Positions 47,119 to 57,013 of a stretch of 64,000 nt of DNA are shown one piece after another. The DNA is from Chthoniobacterales bacterium (GTDB lineage: Bacteria; Verrucomicrobiota; Verrucomicrobiia; Chthoniobacterales; UBA10450): contig DATENU010000012.1 in NCBI GenBank assembly GCA_035274845.1, positions 44,908 to 108,907 on the forward strand. The letters run 5' to 3'. Numbering within the stretch: position 1 is the stretch's first letter; each line of letters begins with the position of its first letter. The notes beneath the pieces are model-generated. The model worked only from the letters and a program-made list of their open reading frames with translations. It searched no databases and was not told the origin of the DNA. The translations under genes and the position numbers were made by a program.

Positions 47119-49323
47119 CTACCGCGTGCTGGTGAGCGCCCGCTTCAGGGCCGAGGAGGATTCCGACGTGCTCCGCCTCTTGGAGGAAAAGTTGCGGTTC
47201 GTGTCGAAGTGATAACTGCCGTCGTGGGTGAAGGTATTCATCGCCACCCGATAATTCGCTCCGCCGCCGGAGAGTTTCCGGTGTGATGCGATGAATTTCG
47301 TCGGGTCGAAGTAATTGCTGAAATCCTTCTGGAATTTCGAGCGGCTCATCCCGATCTCCAGGTTCTTGCGAATCTCGAAATGGAGATGGGCATCATACTG
47401 GCCGTGCGCGGTCCCCATGGTGGCGATTTGCTGACCGCGCGAGACTTTCTGCCCGCGGCTCACCAGCATCGTATTCAAATGCCCGTAGAGCGCGTCGATG
47501 TATTTGACCGTCCCGCCTTCCCGATAGGCGTGGCGCACGATGATCACGTTCCCCCACCCCAGATGGACATCGCGCGCGAAAACCACGATCCCGTCGCCAA
47601 TGCTGTAAATCGGATCCCGGAGATCGGTGTCGCCGCCCCGGACGCCGTCCCAATCCTCGCCCATGTGTCCATGGACGCGGTAGCCGCGAGCCTTGTAATA
47701 ACCTTCCGCTTCCGGTTTACCCACTGGGAAATCGAATCCGTCCGCCATCTTGGTAAAGGCGGTGTCGAACGAGGAACTGTTCGCCGGAATCAGTGAAGGG
47801 GGCGTTGCCAGTGACGAAACCGAAACCGGATCGACCTTCGTGGTCAGGGTTTTCGGGGGAACCATCGGCTCCGGCTTCGCGGCCTTTTCTGCCTTTTCTG
47901 TGGCGGATTCAGGCTTGGCCGCCACGATCGGCAGCTTTTCTTTCGATGTGGCCACCTTCTCTGCCTTTGGCGTTACCGGCTCAGCCTTCGCCGTGTCGGT
48001 TTTCGAGCTGGGTTTTGTGGAATTCTCGTCTTTCGGCGCGCCTTTCTCCTTCTTTGCGACGGTTGCCTCGGTCTTCTCGGTCTGGGCCTTCGCCGTGGCG
48101 CTGGCCGATTTCTCCTTGGCCGCGCTCTTGTCTCCCTTAACCGGTTCGGCTTTGGCGGTCTCGGTTTTCGGGTTTGCTTTGCTGGCGACCTCATCCTTCG
48201 GTGCGGCCGCCGCTTTATCCTTCTTCGCTACCACCGGATCAGCCTTTTCCGGCTGGGTTTTCGCGGTCGTGGCGCTGGCCGGTTTTTCCTTTACGGCGCT
48301 GGGCTTGTCGCCTTTGGCTGATTCGGCCTTCGCGGTCTCGGTTTTCGAGCTAGGGGTAGAGACCATCTCATCTTTCGGCGGGGCGGCCTTTTCCTTTTTC
48401 GCGACAGCCTGATCAGCTTTTTCGGTCTTCGCCTTTGCGGTCGAGGCGGTGGCTGCTTTCTCCTTGGCCGCGTTGTGCTTGTCCTCTTTGGCTGGTTCGG
48501 CCTTCGCTGTCTCGGTTTTTGGAGTCGAGCTGGCGGCAGCCTCGTCCTTCGGAGGAGCCGCCTTTTCCTTCTTCGCGACGACTGGATCCTTCTCCTTCTT
48601 CGCGGCGGCCGGATCGACTTTTTCAGGCTGCGCCTTCGCGGTCGTGGCGCCGGCCGGTTTCTCCTTTACGGCGCTGGGCTTGTCGCTTTTTGCGGGTTCG
48701 GCCTTCGCGGGCTCGGTCTTCGCAACCGAGTTGGCTGCCGATTCTTCCTTCTCTTTCGCTTTCTCCGTCTTCGCCTTCGCGGTCTCAACCTTGGCGGAAT
48801 CTTTGGGGGTCTTGGCGGAGGTTTCGGCTGGATGCGCCTTCTCGGTCTTCTCCTTGGGCGGTTCGGTTTTCGCCACCGTCTTGCTCGCGGATTCCTCCTT
48901 CACCGGAATGGCTTTCTCCACCTTTGAGGAATCGGTCTTCGCGGTCTCGGTCTTTGCCGAAGAGGCGGACGCGGTCTTTTCTTTCGTTACGGCAGGTTTT
49001 TCGGTCTTTGCAGTCGCGACCTCCGTCTTCGGCTTCTCTTCCTTCTTCGCCGCGGTTTTGGCGGCTGATTCTTCTTTCGCCACCAGAGGTTTCGCAGCCG
49101 GCGCCGATTTCTCCTTCGTCTCGACCGGCGTAACCGCTTCGGCGCGTTTGACTATTTCCTTCGGGGGCGCGGCTTTGGGCGCCTTCGCTTCCGGGGCGGC
49201 TCCCTTGGTCGGCGGATGGACTGGAGTGGCCTTCAATTCGCGGGGAATAAAGATCTCCTGGCCAAAGCAAAGGCCGGACATGGCAAGCCAGCAAAACAGT
49301 GTCGTGGTGACGGTACGCGACAT
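47119..49323 (-). CDS. M23 family metallopeptidase with a long N-terminal K/A/E/T-rich tandem-repeat region
   Basis: 734-aa ORF; signal peptide; about 11-13 imperfect ~45-aa repeats (KTETAKAEPAK.DKPSAVKEKPA.ATTAK.QPEK.DP..AKKEKAAPPKDE); C-terminal LytM/M23 domain (HGHMGEDWDG...GWGNVIIVRH...HLHFEIR). Confidence 0.82.
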   Translation of the reverse strand: MSRTVTTTLFCWLAMSGLCFGQEIFIPRELKATPVHPPTKGAAPEAKAPKAAPPKEIVKRAEAVTPVETKEKSAPAAKPLVAKEESAAKTAAKKEEKPKTEVATAKTEKPAVTKEKTASASSAKTETAKTDSSKVEKAIPVKEESASKTVAKTEPPKEKTEKAHPAETSAKTPKDSAKVETAKAKTEKAKEKEESAANSVAKTEPAKAEPAKSDKPSAVKEKPAGATTAKAQPEKVDPAAAKKEKDPVVAKKEKAAPPKDEAAASSTPKTETAKAEPAKEDKHNAAKEKAATASTAKAKTEKADQAVAKKEKAAPPKDEMVSTPSSKTETAKAESAKGDKPSAVKEKPASATTAKTQPEKADPVVAKKDKAAAAPKDEVASKANPKTETAKAEPVKGDKSAAKEKSASATAKAQTEKTEATVAKKEKGAPKDENSTKPSSKTDTAKAEPVTPKAEKVATSKEKLPIVAAKPESATEKAEKAAKPEPMVPPKTLTTKVDPVSVSSLATPPSLIPANSSSFDTAFTKMADGFDFPVGKPEAEGYYKARGYRVHGHMGEDWDGVRGGDTDLRDPIYSIGDGIVVFARDVHLGWGNVIIVRHAYREGGTVKYIDALYGHLNTMLVSRGQKVSRGQQIATMGTAHGQYDAHLHFEIRKNLEIGMSRSKFQKDFSNYFDPTKFIASHRKLSGGGANYRVAMNTFTHDGSYHFDTNRNFSSKRRSTSESSSALKRALTSTR

Positions 49324-49389
49324 GAAACGCTCTTTTTAAAACACCCGGGGGGCCCCTGGCAAGCGTCTTATTCTGAATTTTACGGGAAC

Positions 49390-49800
49390 TTATTGCGGCT
49401 GGGCCATCGCAATTCGGACCACCGGCAGCGGAAATCGGAAGCGCAATTCGTTCTCGAGAAAGATTTCGACGTGGTGCAATCCGAACTGCTGGAACTGGAC
49501 GCCGCCAAAGTAATGGACGTTGGTCGCGTGCCCTTCCATCTCCTTGAGCTCGAATTCCACCTCGGCCTGGGCCAGGACGTGTGCCTCGTCCACCCCTATG
49601 ATCCGGGATTTTTGGCGGAATTTGCCGGACCCGCTGCACCAGCGCGTCCAGATGCAGAGCCGGAAGTAGTTGATCGGAAGACCGGTGGCCGGGATGACGT
49701 TCAGGACGCCGACGAGGGTCTGCATGCCATTGAGCTCGCAACGCACGTCCTCGCAAAGCACGCAGCTTTGCAGGTCTGGCAGGATCGCGCTCTGGTCCAT
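49390..49800 (-). CDS. Conserved hypothetical protein
   Basis: 136-aa ORF with N-terminal C..CEDVR.E.NG motif; no confident family. Confidence 0.4.
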   Translation of the reverse strand: MDQSAILPDLQSCVLCEDVRCELNGMQTLVGVLNVIPATGLPINYFRLCIWTRWCSGSGKFRQKSRIIGVDEAHVLAQAEVEFELKEMEGHATNVHYFGGVQFQQFGLHHVEIFLENELRFRFPLPVVRIAMAQPQ

Positions 49801-49811
49801 CTCGAGTTCCT

Positions 49812-50672
49812 CTAAATGGAACCGCGGGCGATCAGGATCAACAAAAGGACCCCAACCACGATCCGGTAAAGGGCAAAGGGAGCGAAACCCCGCGCCCGCA
49901 CCCAGCGCATGAACCAGGCGACAACGCCAAGCGCCACCACGAAAGAAACGGCGAACCCAATCGCGAGCACGATCCAGTTATGGCCGGTCATCACGAGCGG
50001 CGCGAGGCCGGCTTCATCGTGATGGGGCCGCACGGTCTTCAGTAAATCGTACCCGGTCGCAACGACCATGGTCGGCATGGAAAGAAAGAACGAGAACTCC
50101 AGGGCGGCTGGACGAGAGAGCCCGGCCGTCTGGCCGGCGGCGATGGTCGCCATCGAACGGGAAGTGCCGGGGAAGACCGCGGACAAGATCTGCACGGCGC
50201 CGATCCAGATTGCCTGCGGCAACGTCATTTCCTCCATCTGCTGCGTCCGCGGCCGGTTGCAAAGCACGTCCACCGCCCACATGACGACGCCGCCCAGCAA
50301 AAGCGCCCACGCCATGACACTCAAGCTCTCGAGGTTCTGGCCGATCTGCTTCTTCAGGAGATAAGCCGGGATCGCCGTCACGACGAAGGCGATCAGCGTC
50401 AGGCTGAGTGGATGAGTCAGGAAGGTGCGATCGCCTCGCTCCCCGCGCGGGAATGTCCCGAGAAACTTCATGATCCGCGCCCAGAAATAGACAGGCAGCG
50501 CCAGGATCGCGCCGAGCTGGATGACGATCGTGTACATTTTCCAGAAACTATCCTGGAGATTGAAGCCGAAGAGCGCTTCCACGATCCGCAGATGGGCCGT
50601 GGAGCTAATCGGGAGGAATTCCGTCAGCCCTTCGACAATTCCAAGAACGAACGAGACCAGAAAATCATTCAT
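49812..50672 (-). CDS. uppP: Undecaprenyl-diphosphatase
   Basis: 286-aa ORF; GIVEGLTEFLPISSTAH and SRSG-like (GTSRSMATI) BacA motifs. Confidence 0.9.
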   Translation of the reverse strand: MNDFLVSFVLGIVEGLTEFLPISSTAHLRIVEALFGFNLQDSFWKMYTIVIQLGAILALPVYFWARIMKFLGTFPRGERGDRTFLTHPLSLTLIAFVVTAIPAYLLKKQIGQNLESLSVMAWALLLGGVVMWAVDVLCNRPRTQQMEEMTLPQAIWIGAVQILSAVFPGTSRSMATIAAGQTAGLSRPAALEFSFFLSMPTMVVATGYDLLKTVRPHHDEAGLAPLVMTGHNWIVLAIGFAVSFVVALGVVAWFMRWVRARGFAPFALYRIVVGVLLLILIARGSI

Positions 50673-51676
50673 GCTGTTGCTTCCTTCTTTTTTGCCACTG
50701 CGTCGGCGGCCGCCAGCTCCGCTTCCACCATCTCGCGCACAAGATCGTTGAATGTGCCACTCGGCCGCCAGCCAAGCGCCGCCTTTATTTTCTCCGGAGA
50801 ACCGACGAGCCGGGTCGGGTCGGCTGGGCGATCGAAGGCCGGATCTCGCTTCACGTATTTGTCCGGCGGCAGATTGACGACCGCGAACGCGGCTTCGACA
50901 AACTCCCGGACCGAGTGCGTTTCGCCCGTCGCCACGACGTAATCATCCGGCTTCTGCGCTTGGAGCATCAGCCACATCGCCGCGACGTAATCCTGGGCCC
51001 GTCCCCAGTCCCGCCGGCTCTCGAGACTGCCAAGGTTCAGCTCGTGGTCCAGTCCTCTTGCGATCCGCGCCGCGCCCTTTGCGATCTTGCGGGTGACGAA
51101 ATTTTCGCCGCGCCGCGGCGATTCGTGGTTGTAGAGGATCCCGTTGCAGACAAAAAGGCCGTAGGACTCGCGATACACCCGGGCGAGCTGGGTCGCGAAA
51201 GCCTTCGCGCAACCGTAAGGACTGGCGGGCTGGAGCGGCGTCGTTTCCGTCTGCGGCGATTCGGCGGTGTGTCCGAAAATCTCGGAACTGGAGGCGTGAT
51301 AAAATCGCAACGGCTTCGGTTGGTCCCGAGCGATCTCGAGCAACCGGAGCGTCGCCATTCCGATTTCTTCACAGGTCGATTCCGGGATTTCGAAACTCAG
51401 ACCGACATGGCTTTGGCCAGCCAGGTGATAAACTTCGTCCGGTTGCACCTCCGAAAAAATCCGGCGCAGCGTCGTCCCATCCGACAAGTCGCCGTAATAG
51501 AGCGAAAACCTGGCGTTCGCGCGCCGCAAATGATCGATCCGGGACCGGAGCAGATTGCTCGTCCGCCGGACGACACCGTGGACGGCGTATCCCTTTTCCA
51601 GGAGAAACTCCGCCAGATACGAGCCGTCCTGGCCGGTGATCCCGGTAATCAGCGCGGTTTTTTTGTCCTCAGCCAT
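50669..51676 (-). CDS. gmd: GDP-mannose 4,6-dehydratase
   Basis: ORF to 51691; start likely M at 51676 (MAEDKKTALITGITGQDGSYL); YGCAKAFA catalytic motif. Confidence 0.9.
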   Translation of the reverse strand: MAEDKKTALITGITGQDGSYLAEFLLEKGYAVHGVVRRTSNLLRSRIDHLRRANARFSLYYGDLSDGTTLRRIFSEVQPDEVYHLAGQSHVGLSFEIPESTCEEIGMATLRLLEIARDQPKPLRFYHASSSEIFGHTAESPQTETTPLQPASPYGCAKAFATQLARVYRESYGLFVCNGILYNHESPRRGENFVTRKIAKGAARIARGLDHELNLGSLESRRDWGRAQDYVAAMWLMLQAQKPDDYVVATGETHSVREFVEAAFAVVNLPPDKYVKRDPAFDRPADPTRLVGSPEKIKAALGWRPSGTFNDLVREMVEAELAAADAVAKKKEATA

Positions 51677-51753
51677 CGAATCCAAGACCAATCATCGAGC
51701 CCGGCATTTCGCACAAGGAAGAACGCAAGACGGCGGCTTCCTTTTCGCCGTCG

Positions 51754-53580
51754 TCACACTTTTCGCCCGAACTTCTTCTCCAGTTCAGCGTGGGAAATCT
51801 GGATCATCGTCGGCCGGCCATGCGGGCAGCAATAAGGCAGGTCGCATTCGAGCAGATCCCCGATCAATTTTTCGACTTCCAGATAACGCAGCGGATCATT
51901 CGCCTTCACCGCATGGCGGCAAACGGTCTTCGCGATCATTTCCTCGCCCAGGCGCAGCGGCGAACTGCCGTTGCTGGCGCTCTTCAAGCCGTCGATGACC
52001 TTGCGCATGAACGTCACCGGATCGGCCACGTCGAGAAAAGTCGGAAGGCTGTCGATTTTGAAGGCGTTCTGGCCAAACGGCTCGATGCCGATCCCCATTT
52101 TTTGGAGCGTGGCGACATTGCGCTCGACCCATTCGGCATCACGGGGCGCCAGCTCAAAGGTTTGGGCGAGGAGCAGTCGCTGCGATGGAACGCCCTGTTC
52201 CTCCATCCGGCGGCGAAGTTCTTCAAACAGGATCCGCTCATGCGCCGCGTGCTGATCTACCAGGACGAGCCCTTCCTGGTTTTCCATGAGCACGTAAAGC
52301 TTGTTGAGGACGCCGATGATTTGGAATTGCTGGGAGCCCGGCGATGCAATCGCCGGTTGAGGATCCCAACGCGGAGCTGACGCGACCGATTCCTGTGGCT
52401 CGGTGTGTCGTAGCGGAAGCGTTGTCGCTGGGGTGGATGGTCCAGGTTCCGTTGTAAATGGGATCGGCCTTGGAGCCGGGATCGATGATCCCGGATCGAT
52501 CGGGACAACTGCCGGCGCGGGAATCGGGCCGGGATCGACGATCCCTGCTCCAGCGGCCGGCTTTTGAAATTGCTGCTGCCAATCGCGCCGGCCGCTCTCG
52601 AGCGTTTCGCGAATCGCCGCCACCAGCGCTTCCCGGACGCCGCTCGGGTCGCGAAAACGGACTTCGCGTTTGGCCGGGTGAACATTCACATCCACCGCGG
52701 CCGGATCGAGATCGAGGAACAAAAAGGTCACCGGAAACTGGCCTTTCATCAGGGCGGTGTGATAACCCTCGCGCAACGCCGCGGTGAGGACCGCATTCTC
52801 CACGGCCCGCCCGTTCACGAACACCAGCTGTTGCGCGCGCGTCTGCCGGCTCACTCCCGCTTGCCCGATCAGGCCGCGAATCCGGATCGGTCCCTCCTTC
52901 GGTTCCTGGACCGGTAACAGACGCTCCACGACCTCCTTGCCGTGAAGATCGCGAATTCGATCCAGCAAGGTCGCAGCGGGCGGAAGCTGGAAGACCACGC
53001 GTTCATCGCGAACAAACACGAAAGCGATTTCCGGATGACCCGTCGCCTGCAAATGAAGCTGATGCTCGATGTTGCGGCTCTCGGTGTTTTCCGAGCGCAG
53101 AAATTTCCGGCGCGCGGGCAGATTGTAAAAGATCGAGCGCACTTCGATCTGGGTGCCCGGCGCTTCCCCGCCGTCGCGCACGGTTTCGATCTTCCCTCCC
53201 GCGACGATAATTTCAGTCCCGGCCACCGCGTCATGCTCTCGCGTGGTGAGCCGAAAGCGCGAGACGCTCGCGATGCTCGGCAAAGCTTCCCCGCGAAAAC
53301 CGAGCGTCGCTATCGCCGCCAGATCGTCCTTTGTGCGAATCTTACTGGTCGCGTGTCGCTCGAGAGAGAGCAACGCGTCGTCGCGGTCCATCCCGCAGCC
53401 GTCATCCACCACTCGCATGAGCGAAATCCCGCCGCGGCGGATGCTGACCTCGATCTTGCCCGCGCCGGCGTCGATGCTGTTCTCGACCAGCTCTTTCACG
53501 ACGGAAGCCGGCCGCTCGATCACTTCGCCAGCCGCCACCTGGCTGGCGAGAATTTCCGGCAACAGGCGAATGCGGCTCAT
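51754..53580 (-). CDS. mutL: DNA mismatch repair protein MutL
   Basis: 608-aa ORF; GHKL ATPase N-terminus (VVKELVENSIDAGA), C-terminal dimerisation domain with CPHGRP motif. Confidence 0.92.
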   Translation of the reverse strand: MSRIRLLPEILASQVAAGEVIERPASVVKELVENSIDAGAGKIEVSIRRGGISLMRVVDDGCGMDRDDALLSLERHATSKIRTKDDLAAIATLGFRGEALPSIASVSRFRLTTREHDAVAGTEIIVAGGKIETVRDGGEAPGTQIEVRSIFYNLPARRKFLRSENTESRNIEHQLHLQATGHPEIAFVFVRDERVVFQLPPAATLLDRIRDLHGKEVVERLLPVQEPKEGPIRIRGLIGQAGVSRQTRAQQLVFVNGRAVENAVLTAALREGYHTALMKGQFPVTFLFLDLDPAAVDVNVHPAKREVRFRDPSGVREALVAAIRETLESGRRDWQQQFQKPAAGAGIVDPGPIPAPAVVPIDPGSSIPAPRPIPFTTEPGPSTPATTLPLRHTEPQESVASAPRWDPQPAIASPGSQQFQIIGVLNKLYVLMENQEGLVLVDQHAAHERILFEELRRRMEEQGVPSQRLLLAQTFELAPRDAEWVERNVATLQKMGIGIEPFGQNAFKIDSLPTFLDVADPVTFMRKVIDGLKSASNGSSPLRLGEEMIAKTVCRHAVKANDPLRYLEVEKLIGDLLECDLPYCCPHGRPTMIQISHAELEKKFGRKV

Positions 53581-53665
53581 CTAATTTCCAATTTTAGGTT
53601 GCCGAATTGCGATTGCGAAGGAAAAGCGCGAAAACAGATGGCGACGTTCGCATAGAGACACCTGC

Positions 53666-53743
53666 ATGGAGACGGCTCGCCGCGGCGAGCCGTTGGGGAA
53701 AAGCGCCGCGAATCGCAACGGCGCGAGGGCGCGCCGTCTCCAT
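53666..53743 (+). promoter_or_regulatory. Compact structured element (11-bp outer inverted repeat enclosing two internal hairpins) in the erpA leader / mutL-erpA divergent region
   Basis: atggagacggc ... gccgtctccat perfect inverted repeat; internal palindrome ggctcgccgcggcgagcc and hairpin gcgccg-cgaatcgcaa-cggcgc. Confidence 0.4.
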
Positions 53744-53780
53744 TGACTTGCCCTCTCCACACGATAATTTCGAACGACCG

Positions 53781-54116
53781 ATGATTACCGTGACGGAGAA
53801 CGCAGTTCGACAGCTTCGCACCCTGCTCGAATCCCAAACCGCAGCTGAGGGAAAGGGATTGCGCGTGGGGATCGCGAAGGGCGGCTGTTCGGGCCTTCAA
53901 TACGAAATGTCGCTCGATGCCCAAAAAGAGGGCGATGCCGTCGTGGCCCAGGACGGAGTCGAATTTTTCGTTGATCGCGAGAGCGCGGACTATCTGCGGG
54001 GGTCGACCCTGGATTATCGCGACGGCCTCACGGGCGCCGGCTTTCATATCGAGAATCCGAATGCTGCCCGGACTTGCGGGTGCGGTACGTCTTTCGAAGC
54101 AGCCCGCCCTGCTTGA
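53781..54116 (+). CDS. erpA: Iron-sulfur cluster insertion protein (A-type carrier, HesB/IscA/ErpA family)
   Basis: ORF 53607-54116; family-length protein starts at ATG 53781 (MITVTENAVRQL...); C-terminal CGCGTSF motif. Confidence 0.85.
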   Translation: MITVTENAVRQLRTLLESQTAAEGKGLRVGIAKGGCSGLQYEMSLDAQKEGDAVVAQDGVEFFVDRESADYLRGSTLDYRDGLTGAGFHIENPNAARTCGCGTSFEAARPA

Positions 54117-54148
54117 AAACGAATCGTTCGCGAAGCAGGCGCGTTTAG

Positions 54149-55732
54149 ATGGCCCGGGATTATTATCGTTACGAAGAGTCGTACGGGCGTCCGCGGCGGA
54201 AAAAGACCAACCTCTTTGGCTGGTCGATCGCCATCCTTCTCCTGACTGGGTTCGCTTTCGCGGCCTGGCTGGGAAGCTTCTACATTTTCTGGCAACCGGA
54301 GCGGCCGCAGAGCTATCGCATTCTCAAAAAGCTCCACAAGATCGAGCCCGCCAAGCGCTTTGAACTGACCGCGGCCCCGGCCGGCGAATTCCTCACCTCG
54401 AAGCAGCTCTACGATCGTTATATCGCCCTGAGCCCGACGGAGCTCGCGAACGTGAACGCCGAGTTGATCCGCAATTACATCCGGAACTATCAGCAGGTGC
54501 GCGGCCTCGTTCCCTACGTCATCGGCCGGTTCAACCTGATGGAAGCGCGCGAGCTTACGGGAGATGACCTGGTGACCTCCGGTATGGTCGCACTCACCAA
54601 CGCGGTCGATCACGGCGAATTGCTGCTCGAGCATGTTTATCCTTCCGATGCACAGTCGCTCCCTTTGATGAAGCAAACCCTGGTGACGGGTTTGGAGATC
54701 AAACTGGAACGGACTCACGATCTCTCCGCGATCATCCATGCCGAGCGTTTGTCCGACGGACGCATCATGATCACGGCCATGCCGTTGCTCTACCTGAGTT
54801 ACGCCGGCACACGTGGGCCGGGCACATTCACGCTCGAGCCTCCGCCCGATCTGAACCTGGCCGCCGGCTGGCCGCTCTTCAAGGAGGCGGACCGCCGCAA
54901 TGCCGAGGCCCACTACGCCACCTTTCGCGACCGGGTTCAACCCAACCGGCAGAATGACGCCGTCGCCGGGCTAGCGCCCACGCCTCCCCCACCGGCGACG
55001 AATGCATTGATCCAGGTTGTGCCGGCTGTCCCAGTCGATACGCCGCGAGTCGCGGTCGTAACTCCGCCGCCCCCTCCGCCGACGCCGACTCCCAAACCAG
55101 CCAAAGGCAGCAAAAAGAACCAAAAGCCCACGCCGGCGCCCACCCGCACGCCCGCCGCGATGATGGCCCAGAATTCTCCGGCGCCACCCAAGCCGACTCC
55201 GGGTCCGACGTTGGTAGCGTCAGCAAAAACTCCGGCGCCTTCCGCGGCCCCGCCGGCAGCGACGACTCCACCAACAGTCGCGGCGGCTTCGCCTGCCAGC
55301 TCGGGCGCACCCTCAGCGACGCCTGTTCCTCCTGAGAATTCGCTCGCCTCGACCGCAGGCGGCGGCACCTGGAAAACCTATCTCCCGGGGAAAATGCCGC
55401 TCGGCCGTTTGATCACGCCTTCCGACGTGCGCGATCTGGCCGATCGCGGATTGGCCGGGGAACGGGTTTACCTGAAAGGCCAGTTTGTCGTCAATTTTAC
55501 GGAGCCGAACCGGGCCGTGCTCCGGCCGAAAACGGGAATTACGGATGCAGTCCTAAAGTTGGCGGGCGGAGGCCAGAACATGCGCATCGTCGTGGAATAC
55601 CCGGCCGGGTATAATCCGCCGACCCGCGGCTCAACCGTGACCCGGGATGACGCGCGTCCCTACGAGATCACAGAGGTGCGCAAGCAAAGCGACGGTCAGC
55701 TCAACGTTTTCGTTCGCGAAATCATGCAGTGA
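54149..55732 (+). CDS. Hypothetical membrane-anchored protein with a central Pro/Thr/Ala-rich linker
   Basis: 527-aa ORF; N-terminal TM helix; low-complexity PTPPPPATN...PPPPPPTPTPKPAKG region; no recognised domain. Confidence 0.5.
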   Translation: MARDYYRYEESYGRPRRKKTNLFGWSIAILLLTGFAFAAWLGSFYIFWQPERPQSYRILKKLHKIEPAKRFELTAAPAGEFLTSKQLYDRYIALSPTELANVNAELIRNYIRNYQQVRGLVPYVIGRFNLMEARELTGDDLVTSGMVALTNAVDHGELLLEHVYPSDAQSLPLMKQTLVTGLEIKLERTHDLSAIIHAERLSDGRIMITAMPLLYLSYAGTRGPGTFTLEPPPDLNLAAGWPLFKEADRRNAEAHYATFRDRVQPNRQNDAVAGLAPTPPPPATNALIQVVPAVPVDTPRVAVVTPPPPPPTPTPKPAKGSKKNQKPTPAPTRTPAAMMAQNSPAPPKPTPGPTLVASAKTPAPSAAPPAATTPPTVAAASPASSGAPSATPVPPENSLASTAGGGTWKTYLPGKMPLGRLITPSDVRDLADRGLAGERVYLKGQFVVNFTEPNRAVLRPKTGITDAVLKLAGGGQNMRIVVEYPAGYNPPTRGSTVTRDDARPYEITEVRKQSDGQLNVFVREIMQ

Positions 55733-55736
55733 CTCT

Positions 55737-56290
55737 GCAGCAACGGCGCTGTGTCGCCGTTAAAAAGAACACGTCGGGTGTCGCTGCGGCTTTTTATGCC
55801 GACCCGTAAAGCAGACCAAAGAGCGAGGCCGGCTTTCAAAGCGGCGCTGCTGCAGACGGCGGTTTGGAAAGCGCCGCTCCTTGCTCCGGCTTAGCGAATC
55901 GACCAATTGGATCATGCCAAACCTGCCATTCCATCTTCGAAGGCGCGCCGCAATCTTGACGGCTTTAAGCCGTCAAGATCTGGGCACGTGCTGTAGCAAC
56001 GGCGCTCTGTCGCCATTAAAAAGAACACGTCGGGTGTCGCTGCGGCTTTTTATGCCGACCCGTAAAGCAGACCAGAGAGCGAGGCCGGCTTTCAAAGCGG
56101 CGCTGCTGCAAACGGCGGTTTGGAAAGCGCCGCTCCTTGCTCCGGCTTTGCGAATCGAGCAATTGGATCATGCCAAACCTGCCATTCCATCTTCGAAGGC
56201 GCGCCGCAATCTTGACGGCTTTAAGCCGTCAAGATTTGGGCGCGTGCTGAAGCAAAGGCGCTCTGTCGCCGTTCAACGCTATCCACAGCG
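55737..56290. repeat. Tandem array (about 2.1 copies of a ~256-bp unit) that contains the REP family 2 module and a perfect hairpin cttgacggcTTTAgccgtcaag
   Basis: Units start at about 55737, 55993 and 56248 (partial); lies between convergent gene 3' ends. Confidence 0.8.
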
Positions 56291-56320
56291 ATAGAGCGCC
56301 GTGGCTACAGAGGAATGCCC

Positions 56321-57013
56321 CTACCGCACCCCGGGGATGGAGCGGCCGCCGTTTTCGATGATGACCTTGTTGCCTTCGATGGTGAAACTCGTGATCCCCC
56401 ATTCGGACGCGTATTGGTCCGCGTAACTGCGCAGGGAACGAAACCCAAGGAGCGTGTTCAGGACCTTGTCGGACACCCCTCCCGAGGAGACCTCCGTGAT
56501 TTCCACGTTGCGCGGGTTGCCGTCCGGCGCCGGCTTGAGCTGAAGCTCGCCATTGAGGAAACGTCCCCGGAAACCGACCTTGTCCAGGGGAATGCTGATT
56601 TGCGCGCGGAGGATGTTGTTTTCGATAAACACGAAAGCCTTTCCGCGCGCATTCCGGCTCGCCGCGATGAGCTGGTTGATATCGCCGGCGGTCAATTCAA
56701 TCCGATTGCGCGCCGGTGTCGGCGTGGCTGCCGTCGTCTCCGAAGTCTGCGGCGCAACCTGAAGCTGGGGATTGTCGCTCGCGCTTTGGAATTCCTCCCA
56801 ACGCGTCTGCACCGCCTGTTGCTCCGTCTGCGAGGTTTCAATCTGCGGAATTGGACGCGGCTCCGTCGAAGTCACGACATAACGCACCCCAACGTAACCC
56901 CCGATGAAAAAGGCGAGGGCCAGAAGGATGATGAAAACTACGAGCGTCATGCAGCCTTTGCCCAGACAACCCGTTCCTTTTTGCTTCGGCGGTGGCTCGA
57001 TCCAGTTGCTCAT
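56321..57013 (-). CDS. Hypothetical membrane protein
   Basis: 230-aa ORF, single N-terminal TM helix; 4-bp overlap with the downstream HIT gene suggests an operon. Confidence 0.5.
   Translation of the reverse strand: MSNWIEPPPKQKGTGCLGKGCMTLVVFIILLALAFFIGGYVGVRYVVTSTEPRPIPQIETSQTEQQAVQTRWEEFQSASDNPQLQVAPQTSETTAATPTPARNRIELTAGDINQLIAASRNARGKAFVFIENNILRAQISIPLDKVGFRGRFLNGELQLKPAPDGNPRNVEITEVSSGGVSDKVLNTLLGFRSLRSYADQYASEWGITSFTIEGNKVIIENGGRSIPGVR

Noticed and set aside
47750-49339. Several 150-300-aa plus-strand ORFs inside the M23 peptidase repeat region
   Set aside because: They are alternative frames of the K/A/E-rich tandem DNA repeat; the minus-strand frame carries the signal peptide and the M23 catalytic domain
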